From: a virus
Taxonomy: Duplodnaviria > Caudoviricetes
Length of the DNA: 64,000 nt
Direction: 5' to 3' (one strand)
IMG/VR virus record: IMGVR_UViG_3300023081_000014
Coordinates: 1,898 to 65,897 of that record
Shown here: positions 1 through 10,500 of the stretch, piece by piece
Position numbering within the stretch: position 1 is the stretch's first letter
Layout: each line of letters opens with the position of its first letter
Made by a program: the position numbers and the translations under genes
The notes under the pieces: generated by a model
Told to the model about the DNA's origin: nothing
Databases searched by the model: none
The model's input: the letters and a program-made list of their open reading frames with translations, nothing else

Positions 1-1
1 A

Positions 2-943
2 TTTCAAGAAATTCCTTGGTATAGAATAGATATCTATCCTGAAATACTTGGTTATGACGTTGCTAAACAAGATTTTTCTTATACATATCATTTTGTTGTT
101 TCTCCTTATTACATACATTACAGCAAGTTTCCAGGAATACAAATAGTTTTTTCAACAGACAAGCGAAGACAACTTGCGGTAAGAGAATACAATTATATCT
201 ATACTGGAAAAAATTTAGATGTTTTGAGTTTTAATATCAAATACAACAATTTATTTTTTACTCCACTGCTAATGGTTCCTCCTACAGACGAATCATCTAG
301 CAGTCAAACCAATGCCAAACCCGAAAAGAATGTGTTCACACCTAGAACCATGTACGAAAAAGCAATTAACGACATAAACAACAAAATTAGCGGTCATTTG
401 GGTAAAGCCGGAGGCATGCCCTCGCAGATGGTTACTAAACCTGGTTATAGAAGAACACAAATGGAAAACAGAGCGGATATCGCACTTGCATTACAGGACA
501 TGTTGTATAATCCGCCCTCTGAACAGTCATTAATTAGAGCAGAAATAGAAATACTAGGAGATCCTGTTTACATAATTGGTAGTGGTATTCTTGATAGACC
601 TGACGTAACATCTCAAGACCCGGAGGTTTTTAACACCGGCGAAATGAATACATTTACAAGAGAGCCTGATATTATATTCAATATACGATATCCAGAAGAC
701 ATACCAACAGCAAAAGAACTTGACGAAAACACCGGTACTGGCCAGTATGAATTAAAAAGAAAAAGTGGAACAGGGTATAGCGGTTTATATCAAGTAGCAA
801 GAATAGAAAACAGATTTAATGAAGGAACGTTTACTCAACAAATTTTAGGATTAAGACGTCCTAATCAAGAAAAAGACGATGTAAAAGTTGCTAGTAATAC
901 AGATCCACAGGTAAATTTAACTGATACGGAGGGATCATTCTAA
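2..943 (+). CDS. Baseplate hub / tail protein (gpD/gp27-like), 5'-truncated by the window
   Basis: Frame of the 224..943 ORF is open back to position 2 (FQEIPWYRIDIYPEILGYD...REYNYIYTGKNLDVLSFNIKYNN). C-terminal GLYQVARIENRFNEGTFTQQI resembles hub proteins; lies upstream of spike, gp25 and gp6 genes. Confidence 0.6.
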   Translation, partial: FQEIPWYRIDIYPEILGYDVAKQDFSYTYHFVVSPYYIHYSKFPGIQIVFSTDKRRQLAVREYNYIYTGKNLDVLSFNIKYNNLFFTPLLMVPPTDESSSSQTNAKPEKNVFTPRTMYEKAINDINNKISGHLGKAGGMPSQMVTKPGYRRTQMENRADIALALQDMLYNPPSEQSLIRAEIEILGDPVYIIGSGILDRPDVTSQDPEVFNTGEMNTFTREPDIIFNIRYPEDIPTAKELDENTGTGQYELKRKSGTGYSGLYQVARIENRFNEGTFTQQILGLRRPNQEKDDVKVASNTDPQVNLTDTEGSF

Positions 944-1641
944 TGTCATTTCCAATACAAGAAGTTAATAAAAAAACAGAACTAGCAGGCGAAAGCGAAA
1001 GAAATGAACACAAAAAGCCTACTATTGTAACCGTTCCTCCGAATGCATCCGCAAAAACTAGTTTAATTAGTGCGGCACAAGGAACAGGAACAACCGCAGT
1101 CGGATCAGGTGTTGTATCGGGAAGTAAAGCCGCCGCAAAAGGAGCCGATGTGGTTGCAACAGCAAAGGCAAATGCTGACAAAGTAAAAAGCACTATTGCT
1201 ACAGCACAACAAGCGGCAAGCGATCCAATTGGTTTTGCGTTAAGTGCAGTTCAATCAGCAACAGGATTTAGCATTCCAAGCAGTCCCGCGGGAGTAGCGG
1301 CACTATTAAGCAAGTTTTCAGAAAAACCAGATCCTAGAGGTGACGGAACAACAGACATTTCAAAAGAGAAAAAACAAGGATCTAGTATATTAGAAAAAAT
1401 TGGTGATATAGCAAGTTTAAGTCCAGCAGATGCTTTATCTAAAGTAACATCTGCGGCAAGTCAGTTTGTTCCAGAAGGAGTTACTGAAGCGGTAAGCAGT
1501 GTAACTGAATTAGCATCATTGGGCGGAGTACCTGTTGATAATGTTATTAGTACTTCTGTTAACAAAGTCACACAACCTGTACAATCTAGTTTACAAAAGG
1601 TAAAGAATGTTACAGATAATACACAAGGAATTATAACATAA
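943..1641 (+). CDS. Ala/Ser/Thr-rich hypothetical protein, probably structural
   Basis: 232-aa ORF with TAATG overlaps at both ends inside the baseplate operon; low complexity. Confidence 0.6.
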   Translation: MSFPIQEVNKKTELAGESERNEHKKPTIVTVPPNASAKTSLISAAQGTGTTAVGSGVVSGSKAAAKGADVVATAKANADKVKSTIATAQQAASDPIGFALSAVQSATGFSIPSSPAGVAALLSKFSEKPDPRGDGTTDISKEKKQGSSILEKIGDIASLSPADALSKVTSAASQFVPEGVTEAVSSVTELASLGGVPVDNVISTSVNKVTQPVQSSLQKVKNVTDNTQGIIT

Positions 1642-3611
1642 TGCACGGTAGAGGTGGAGTATTTGCTAAACATCATAAATCTTTAAGGCCCACGCCGACC
1701 AAGTATCATAATGAAATGCATGATGCAATTTTTGATTTATTGGTTATGGGACAGGTTAAAGAAGTTGGTGGTTTAGATACTTTTAAGGTAAAACTTTTAG
1801 GAAAACAATACAGTGGGTCTGATGCTATCACTGTTAGACAACTGTATCCGTACATTAGTTCTAAGGATAGAAATTATGTAGGGACAGATATTAAGAATTT
1901 TGAAGATTCCCAAACTAGTTCCGGATTTATAGTACCAACACCAGAAATTGGAACAATGGGATTGGTAGCACTTGCAAATAAAAATGCAACAGAAGGATTT
2001 TGGTTAGGTGGAATTTTACCGGTTGGTATAGGAAAAACTATTCCAGATTTTGCAACAGACTCAAATATAGCCGCTGAAAAAAGTAAACTAGATGAGTATG
2101 CAAGCAGTGTTGGGTTGCCTGCATCAGAAAAACATCATCCATCAGATGACGGTACACCGGAACCTACAAAATTAAAAAGAGCAATACACCCATTTGCTGA
2201 TGTTTTAAAAAAACAAGGATTGCTAGTTGATACAGTTAGAGGACAAACGACTTCTAGTGTATTAAGAGATTCTCGAACATCTATGGTAGGATTCAATACT
2301 CCAGGAAAGTTTGCAAAAAAGAAAGATCTAGTTGAAACTGTTGTAAAGTATGAAAAAGATAAAAGAGAAAGAAGGATTACTAATTTAGGCGGCCATACTT
2401 TTACAATGGACGACGGTGATGTTGCTGATGAAAATAATCTAATTAGAATTAGATCAAGCAAAGGTGCACAGATACTTTTACATGACACCGAAGAAATAGT
2501 TTATATTGCAAATCAATCAGGCAGTGCTTGGATAGAAATGACAGCCGATGGAAAAATTGATGTTTATGCTAAAGACAGTGTAAGCATTCATACAGAAGCA
2601 GACTTTAATTTTCGTGCAGATAGAGATATTAATTTTGAAGCAGGACGTAACCTAAATCTAAAAGGAACAGAAAGAACTTATCTAGAAGCAAGTGAATTAA
2701 GATTGCTTGGAAAAGTTAATGGTAGATTAGAAACAAGGGGACCGTTGGATATCCAGTCTGATGACGCAAGAATAGCCGCTTCTGATTTTTCTTTAAGCAC
2801 TAACAACTTAGATATTAGCAATAAACTAAACACAAGAGTTCGAACAGGTGAAATTGATTTGGTTTCACAGTTTGGTCAACGTTACAGTGCAGGAACTGGT
2901 ATTGAATTTAAGACCAATGTGTTTGAAAACCAAATTTGGAATAAACCAACTTACAATCCTCAGAGAACATATTATAAAGGCAACACTGTTGTTTTTGCAA
3001 CACAGTTCTTTAAGGCATTAACACAAACAACATTACCGTCTAGCAATAATGCTCCAGCGCCGCCGGCACCGGGTCTTTATTGGGAATTGGTTCCTCCAGT
3101 TACACCGCAAACAGTTCATGGTGATTTTAAAATTGATACAAACATTGCTGGACCACTTCCAGCAAAGTTTCAAGTTAATAGTAAGCACGATATTAGGTTG
3201 ACAACTTTTGAGGGTAAAGTAGAAGTTGTCGCAGTTACAGATACAATTGATATAAAATCAACAGCGAATGTTTATGTCGATGGTGCTCAAGTACATCTTA
3301 ACTTACCAGGACCTGGTGCCTTACCGGCAGAACCTATTGTAATATCAGCATTGGGCATACCTACACCTGATGCACTAATACCTTTTGACACAGGTGCTGA
3401 AATGCCATACAACGTTCCAGCGTTAGGAGTATTCCCTAATGAAAAAGTTGACAACACCTTAGAATGGAAAGAGGGTTACTACGCATCTGATACACCATTG
3501 ATTAGCATAATGAAACGCATACCAATGCATGAACCTTGGTCGGGACATGAAGGCAGAGATAAAGAACGCACAACAAGTAGTTACACCGACATAGAAGTTA
3601 GCGGTAAATAG
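1641..3611 (+). CDS. Baseplate central spike (gp5/VgrG/gpV-like) with inserted CBM5/12-like module
   Basis: N-terminal OB-fold-like segment (PTPEIGTMGLVA...GFWLG); beta-helix repeats GHTFTMDDG...IRIRSSKGAQILLHD...AWIEMTADGKIDVYAKDSVSIH; GAQVHLN; terminal RIPMHEPWSGHE; directly upstream of gp25. Confidence 0.75.
   Translation: MHGRGGVFAKHHKSLRPTPTKYHNEMHDAIFDLLVMGQVKEVGGLDTFKVKLLGKQYSGSDAITVRQLYPYISSKDRNYVGTDIKNFEDSQTSSGFIVPTPEIGTMGLVALANKNATEGFWLGGILPVGIGKTIPDFATDSNIAAEKSKLDEYASSVGLPASEKHHPSDDGTPEPTKLKRAIHPFADVLKKQGLLVDTVRGQTTSSVLRDSRTSMVGFNTPGKFAKKKDLVETVVKYEKDKRERRITNLGGHTFTMDDGDVADENNLIRIRSSKGAQILLHDTEEIVYIANQSGSAWIEMTADGKIDVYAKDSVSIHTEADFNFRADRDINFEAGRNLNLKGTERTYLEASELRLLGKVNGRLETRGPLDIQSDDARIAASDFSLSTNNLDISNKLNTRVRTGEIDLVSQFGQRYSAGTGIEFKTNVFENQIWNKPTYNPQRTYYKGNTVVFATQFFKALTQTTLPSSNNAPAPPAPGLYWELVPPVTPQTVHGDFKIDTNIAGPLPAKFQVNSKHDIRLTTFEGKVEVVAVTDTIDIKSTANVYVDGAQVHLNLPGPGALPAEPIVISALGIPTPDALIPFDTGAEMPYNVPALGVFPNEKVDNTLEWKEGYYASDTPLISIMKRIPMHEPWSGHEGRDKERTTSSYTDIEVSGK
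3605..3610 (+). promoter_or_regulatory. T4-late-like promoter core TAAATA, 5 nt before the gp25 ATG
   Basis: ggTAAATAgagttATG; the T4 late consensus is TATAAATA. Confidence 0.55.
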
Positions 3612-3615
3612 AGTT

Positions 3616-4056
3616 ATGGCACAGTATAAAGAAATTAACATTGAAACAAACCTTACTAACGTTAACAACGCTACAAAGGTATCGCAGTTTTATAAAGGTG
3701 TATCCACGGTAAATCAAACGTCAAAAACGTTTTCTTTATACGATACCGAACTTATAAAACAGGATATTCTTAACCATTTTAACACACGAAAAGGCGAAAG
3801 AATTTACAATCCAAATTTTGGTACTTCAATATGGAGTACACTATACGAACCACTTACAGATGATGTTAGAGAACAAATTATGGCCGATGTAACTGCGGTT
3901 ATTAAGGCAGATCCTAGGGTAGTAGCACGTGATATTATAATACAAGAACAAGGATATGGAATACAAGTACAAGTAGAACTTGAATTTAGTGCTTACGATA
4001 AGGTAGAAACTATGACCTTAGCCTTTGATCGTGAAAATGGTTTGCTAACTCTGTAA
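3616..4056 (+). CDS. Baseplate wedge subunit, gp25/GPW family
   Basis: LIKQDILNHFNTRKGERIYNPNFGTSIWSTLYEPL...DPRV is the gp25 family signature. Confidence 0.9.
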   Translation: MAQYKEINIETNLTNVNNATKVSQFYKGVSTVNQTSKTFSLYDTELIKQDILNHFNTRKGERIYNPNFGTSIWSTLYEPLTDDVREQIMADVTAVIKADPRVVARDIIIQEQGYGIQVQVELEFSAYDKVETMTLAFDRENGLLTL

Positions 4057-4082
4057 TAATATACGCAGTTTATAATTTAAGG

Positions 4083-4088
4083 TAAATA
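4083..4088 (+). promoter_or_regulatory. T4-late-like promoter core TAAATA, 5 nt before the wedge ATG
   Basis: ggTAAATAtttgcATG; no Shine-Dalgarno between box and start. Confidence 0.55.
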
Positions 4089-4093
4089 TTTGC

Positions 4094-7000
4094 ATGGCAA
4101 GTTACGACAGACAAAACTCACTTTTACTTACAGAAGACTGGTCTAAGATCTATCGATCATTTACAGACGCAGACTTTACAGCATATGATTTTCCTACTAT
4201 TCGTAGGACAATGATCAACTACCTACGTAAGAATTATCCAGAAGATTACAATGACTATATTGAATCAAGTGAATATCTTGCACTTATTGACGTTATTGCA
4301 TTTTTAGGACAAAGTTTAAGTTACAGAGTTGATCTAAATGCTAGAGAAAACTTTATTGAAACCGCTGAGAAAAAAGAAAGTGTTTTACGACTTGCTAGAC
4401 TTGTTGGATATAACAACAAAAGAAATGAATGTGCAAGCGGAATATTAAAAGTAACAGGAGTTCAAACCACAGAAAATCTCACTGACAGCACAGGAACTCC
4501 TTTGAGAAATAGATTTATTACCTGGAATGATGATTCAAATGCTAATTGGCTAGAACAGACACTTACTATTATGAATAATGCATTTTCAGGATCTACGGTA
4601 TATGGCAAACCAAATGCATCTGAGGTTATAGGTGGAATACAAACAGATTTATACAAGTTAAACAGTAATAACACAGACATTCCTGTTTATTCATTTGACA
4701 AAACTATTAATGGAACACAAACAACTTTTGACATTGTAAGTTCTAGAATTGATTCAACATCAATTTACGAAGAAACACCATTGCCAGCAAATACATTTGG
4801 TTTGTTATATAGAAATGATAAAAAAGGTAACAGTTCAGAAAACACAGGATTCTTTGTAAATTTCAAACAAGGTACATTGGTAACTTCGTTGTTTACAATT
4901 AATGATCCATCAAATAACGAAATCATTAACTTGAATACTCCAAATATTAATAATTCAGATGTTTGGTTATGGGAACTTGATCAGTTTGGTAATTTTGCAA
5001 ACGAATGGACCAAATTAGACAGTGTGTTAGGTAGTAATGCAATTTATAATTCTGTTGCAAACAGCAATAGAAAAATTTACACCGTAGTTTCTAGAGATTT
5101 AGATCAAGTTAGTTTAAATTTTGCTGATGGTAATTTTGGTGATTTACCTAACGGAAACTTTAGAACATATTACAGAATCTCAAACGGATTAACATATACA
5201 ATTAGACCTGCAGACATGCAAAACGTTGTTGTTGAAATTGGTTACACAAGTAAAACAGGACAAGAAAATACTCTTACTTTACAGTGTGCTTTACAAACAA
5301 CAGTAACAAATGCAAGTGCAACAGAAAGCGTTGAGAACATCAAGCGTAATGCACCTCAGGCTTATTATACACAAAACAGAATGGTAACAGGAGAAGACTA
5401 TAATACTTTTCCTTTAACTTCTAGTCCACAAATTGTTAAAGCAAAGGCAGTTAACAGAGCAAGCAGTGGAATTAGTAGACAGTTTGAAATTAAAGATCCA
5501 ACAGGAAAATATTCAAGCACAAACATTATTGCAGATGACGGAATAATTTACAAAAACGATTTTGAAGTTGACTTCGCATTTACATTTTCATCTAGAAATG
5601 ATGTGTTAGGTGTTTTAAGAAATAGAATTGAACCCATTATTGCTGGAATTGCAACAAAGAGTTTTTACTATGATAAGTTTCCAAGGGTAAACACCACAGG
5701 ACTTAATATTGATTGGGTAAAATCGACTAATACAACCGGCGGCGTTACAGGTTATTTTAGAAATACAGTTAACGGAGCACCTATTACTGTTGGTTCGTTT
5801 ACAGGAAACAATTTTAAATTTATTGCAACAGATGCAATGATTAAATTTGTTCCACCGTCAGGCAGATATTTTTTACCTAACGGCGAGTTAACAACAACAA
5901 AAACAAAAACAACCAGAGATTACATATGGGTTAAGGTTTTAAATGTTGTTGGTGATGGATCAAACGGCGGCCTTGGTGCATTAGATGACGGAACAGGACC
6001 AATTATTCTAAGTGAAGTTATTACGTCACTTGCTATTCCAAGCGAAATTATTCCTAACATTGTTACTGATTTACCAAGTGACATTGAAACAGAAATTGTT
6101 GATCTAGTGTTCAATTATAAAAACTTTGGTATCAGATATGATCAATCAACACTTACATGGAAGATTGTAACCAATGCAAATGTAAACACCATTGATCCTT
6201 TTAGTTTAGATAGAGAAGGTGATATTTCAGGCACAAAAGCAGATAAAAGTTGGTTTGTGCTTTTTGAAACAGACGGTGAAACGTATACAGTTACCTATCG
6301 AGGTTTAGATTATAGATTTGAAAGTGAAGATCTGGTACAATTTTATGTTGATGCTAGAGGAAAAACATATGATCCTAAAACAGGATTGGTTATTAAAGAT
6401 CAGGTTAAAATTTTAAAAGTTAACGAAGATCCAATATTGGATACAATATTAACAAAAGATTATCCATGGGAAATTACGGGTACTATTAGAAATGCTGACG
6501 GGTTTGAGGAAACAAATAGGGTAGAAGTTAACTTATATGATTCCGACGATGACGGAATGATCGACGATCCTGATAGTTTTATTAACATTGTTGCACCAGA
6601 GTCTACAGACAGTAGAGGTTACAGAGACAAATTTGTTTTCTTCCAAAACACTGTGGTTGATAATATTACGGTTGCAAAAAAAGTTTCTGCAACAAACTTT
6701 GTAATTTTTGACAATGAAAGCAGTATTCCTGCACTTAGTGATTATACAAATGGACAACTTTTTTATTTTTATGGCTCAACAGAAAATGTTGTAAAAAGTT
6801 ATAATTCAACAACAGGTTCATTAGATTTAGAAAATTCTTATTTTGCAAAACCTGGTAGAGATGGAATTAAATTCCAGTATGTTCATAATGCAGAAAATGA
6901 TAGAAGATTAGATCCAAGCAAAACAAATATAATTGATTTATATATTCTTACAGAAGCATACGATGATTCTTACAGATACTATATTAAGAATGGTGGAACA

Positions 7001-7558
7001 CAACCAGAAGAACCAACTTCGGAACAACTTAGAAGTCAGTTTGAACCAGCATTGGAAAAAGTTAAATCAATCAGTGATACGTTAATTTTTCATACTGTAA
7101 AATATAGAGAATTATTTGGAGCAAATGCTGATACAGATTTACAATCACAATTTAAAATTGTAAGATCAAAACAAAGTACAGTTAGTGATAATCAATTGAA
7201 GTCGGGTGTGATATCCGCAATAAATGAATTCTTTGATATTCAAAATTGGGATTTTGGTGATACATTCTTCTTTACAGAATTAGCAACGTATGTTCATAAT
7301 CAAATGGCGCCGGATTTAGCAAATATTGTTATTGTTCCTCGTAGCAATAGTCAAGCATTTGGATCCTTGTTCCAAATAACAAGCAAATCAGATGAGATTT
7401 TTATTAGCAGTGCTACAGTAGATAACGTTGAAATTATAGATAGTTTAACAGCCGCAAATTTACAAGCATCTGGTAATGTTGTAAGTAGCGTCGATCAAGT
7501 AGGTACAGTTTCCGTTACTTCAACTAGCACTTCAAGTAGCGGAGGTAGTACTTACTAA
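4094..7558 (+). CDS. Baseplate wedge protein, T4 gp6-like
   Basis: DF..YDFPTIRRTMINYLR...YNDYIESSEYLALIDVIAFLGQSLSYRVDLNARENFIETA; SVENIKRNAP..YYTQNRMVTGEDY; follows gp25. Confidence 0.85.
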   Translation: MASYDRQNSLLLTEDWSKIYRSFTDADFTAYDFPTIRRTMINYLRKNYPEDYNDYIESSEYLALIDVIAFLGQSLSYRVDLNARENFIETAEKKESVLRLARLVGYNNKRNECASGILKVTGVQTTENLTDSTGTPLRNRFITWNDDSNANWLEQTLTIMNNAFSGSTVYGKPNASEVIGGIQTDLYKLNSNNTDIPVYSFDKTINGTQTTFDIVSSRIDSTSIYEETPLPANTFGLLYRNDKKGNSSENTGFFVNFKQGTLVTSLFTINDPSNNEIINLNTPNINNSDVWLWELDQFGNFANEWTKLDSVLGSNAIYNSVANSNRKIYTVVSRDLDQVSLNFADGNFGDLPNGNFRTYYRISNGLTYTIRPADMQNVVVEIGYTSKTGQENTLTLQCALQTTVTNASATESVENIKRNAPQAYYTQNRMVTGEDYNTFPLTSSPQIVKAKAVNRASSGISRQFEIKDPTGKYSSTNIIADDGIIYKNDFEVDFAFTFSSRNDVLGVLRNRIEPIIAGIATKSFYYDKFPRVNTTGLNIDWVKSTNTTGGVTGYFRNTVNGAPITVGSFTGNNFKFIATDAMIKFVPPSGRYFLPNGELTTTKTKTTRDYIWVKVLNVVGDGSNGGLGALDDGTGPIILSEVITSLAIPSEIIPNIVTDLPSDIETEIVDLVFNYKNFGIRYDQSTLTWKIVTNANVNTIDPFSLDREGDISGTKADKSWFVLFETDGETYTVTYRGLDYRFESEDLVQFYVDARGKTYDPKTGLVIKDQVKILKVNEDPILDTILTKDYPWEITGTIRNADGFEETNRVEVNLYDSDDDGMIDDPDSFINIVAPESTDSRGYRDKFVFFQNTVVDNITVAKKVSATNFVIFDNESSIPALSDYTNGQLFYFYGSTENVVKSYNSTTGSLDLENSYFAKPGRDGIKFQYVHNAENDRRLDPSKTNIIDLYILTEAYDDSYRYYIKNGGTQPEEPTSEQLRSQFEPALEKVKSISDTLIFHTVKYRELFGANADTDLQSQFKIVRSKQSTVSDNQLKSGVISAINEFFDIQNWDFGDTFFFTELATYVHNQMAPDLANIVIVPRSNSQAFGSLFQITSKSDEIFISSATVDNVEIIDSLTAANLQASGNVVSSVDQVGTVSVTSTSTSSSGGSTY

Positions 7559-10500
7559 TGGCTTACAGCGACAACAGCAACACTCCTGTTAATGCAACTA
7601 ACAAGGACAAATATAGAAATAGTTCCGCACTATTGCCTATGTTCTTTAGAACAGAAGCAAATAAAAAGTTTCTTGGCTCGACACTTGATCCGTTAATTTC
7701 AAAAGGACAATTAGAAAGAATCAACGGATTTGTTGGAAGTAGATATTCTAAAACAGTAACACCAGAGGACAGATATGTTCCTGAACCAACATCAAACAGA
7801 AGAAGATACAATCTTTTACCAAGTGTTGTTATTAGAGATGATTTTGATGACAGGACTGAATGGTTAGCAACATATGATGATTTAATTAATCAATTAAATT
7901 ATTTTAATTCAAATACAGATAACCATGATAAATTGTTTTCAAGCAAATACTATGCTTGGAATCCTCATATTGACTTTGACAAGATTTCAAACTATAGACA
8001 GTATTATTGGTTACCACAAGGTCCTAGTCCTGTAACTATTACTGGATTAGCAGAAGGTACTGTTAGTGCTTTCACAGTAACAAATCAAAATTCAGATGCA
8101 TGGGTGTTTACTCCAGACGGTAGTAGTGCTAATCCTATTATTAAATTATTTAGAGGTGCAACATATAAGTTCGAAGTTAATGCACCAGGACATCCTTTTT
8201 ATATCAAACTTGCCAAGACTACAGGTGCATTAGATCAATACGAAGAAGGTATCACTAATAACGGTACAGAAAACGGTGCGGTAGTCTTTACAATACCAAA
8301 AGGTGCTCCAGATATACTTTATTATACCTGCGGTGTGCATCAAGAAATGCAGGGTATTTTTGAAATTAAAAATGCTGAAGATGAATTAAACATAAACATT
8401 CCAACTGAGATTTTAGGAAAATCAGAATATACAAGTTCTAATGGTGTTAAATTTACAAATGGATTAAAGGTAAATTTTGATGGTAATGTTACACCAAGCA
8501 CATATAAAAATAAAAACTTTTATGTTGAAGGTGTTGGGGATAAAATTAAACTTTTACCAGTAAGCGAATTTGACACTCCTGAAGGATACGGTCAAAACTT
8601 TGATTACGAGTTTGATATCGATGCGTTTGATGAAACACCTTACGACGACGCAGAAAGTTCACCCGAAACTCCAGAGTATGTAACAATTAATCGCGCCAGT
8701 ATTGATAAGAACCCATGGACTAGATACAATAGATGGTTTCATAAAGAAGTTATTGAGCAAACAGCAAAGTACAACAATACAACAGTTGTGTTAGATGAAA
8801 CCCAACGTGCTAAAAGACCTATTATAGAATTTTTACCTAACATTCAATTGCATAACTTTGCCGTAGAAGGATTAGGAAACATTGATCTTATTGATACTGT
8901 TACTACAGATGTCTTTAGTGATGTCGAAGGACAAATAGGTTATTATGTTGATCAGATTGATCTAACAGCAGGCATGAGAGTAAGTTTTAATGCTGACCCA
9001 GATATAACTGTTAAAGGAAAAATTTACGAAGTTCAATTTGTTGAGCATGGCGGAAAAAGCAGATTACATTTAGAAGAAGTTGATGTGCCTGTTCAAGGAC
9101 AAGGTGTTGTTGTAACCAAAGGTGTTAGTAACAAAGGAACCAGTTGGTACTTTAATGGAACACAATGGATTAAGGCACAGCAGAAAACAACAATTAATCA
9201 AGCACCATTATTTGATTTGTATGATCAACAGGGTGTAAGTTTTGCTGATTCTACATACGGTATTGAAAACTTTAAAGGAAATGAACTTGTAAGTTATAAA
9301 CAAGGATCGGGTGCTAATGATCCTATTTTAGGATTTCCAATTGAATATCAGAATGTAAACAACATTGGTGATATTGTTTTTGAATTTGATTGGGACGATT
9401 CTACTTTTGTATATACAAATAATAATCAAAATATTTTACAAGATACAGCAAGTGGCAGTATTAAAATTAATAAATCACTTACAGAAAGTGTTTTTGAATC
9501 AGGATGGAGTCTTGTTGACGAAAAAACAAGGCAAGAAATAGTACAATTAAATGATACTATTGCAGAAACACCATTTATCGAAGTAACAGCAATTCAGGAT
9601 CCAGGATTATACATTGGTGCTGAAAATATAGTTGTTCAAGTAAATGGTGATGTTCTTAAACCAACAACTGGTTTTACAACTAGAAGAAGTGATAACAGTA
9701 AACAGTTGTTTATTGATTTTGTTCAAGCGATACCAACAAATTCTAGAATAATTACAAAAATTTTAACAGATAGATTGCCAACAGATTTTGGATTTTATGA
9801 GCCTCCTGTTAACTTAACCAATAACAGTGAAAATAATGATCTTAAAACATTTACACTTGGAAGTATAACAGATCATGTTAATACAATTTTTACAAATGAT
9901 AAAAGGGTTCAAGGGAAATTCAATTTAACTTCTAATGCTAGAGATATTAAAGATCTATACAAAAAAGGAAATAGATATGTAAAACATCAAGGTAGTTTAC
10001 TTCCGGCAATGTTTGGATTAATAGATTCTGAAACAAATGTTATAAAGGCTATTAGAAAAAATTCTGTAGATTATAATATTTTTAAACAAAGATTTATTGA
10101 AACTTTTGAACAGGTTGAAATTAGCGGTTTACCAAGAGATGACGTTGACGATATTTTATATAAACTTTCCTTAAACAGCAATGTTAATAGTCCATATTAT
10201 TATAGTGATATGGCAGGTTACGGTAAAACTCTTACAAAATTAGAATATGAAGTTACAACATTTGAACAGCAAGTTTTTGGAATTCAAAGTAATTTTAATT
10301 TAACAGAGATAAGCAATAGAAGTATCTACGTTTATTATAATGGAGAGCATCTAATTAATGATGTTGATTATGAGTTTGATTTAACGGATAATACTGTTAT
10401 TCTTAAAAGAGATACATCAATTGGTGATAAGGTTGTTGTTTATGAATATGAAACTGTAGGTAATGCTATTCCTAGCACACCAACAAAACTTGGATTATAT

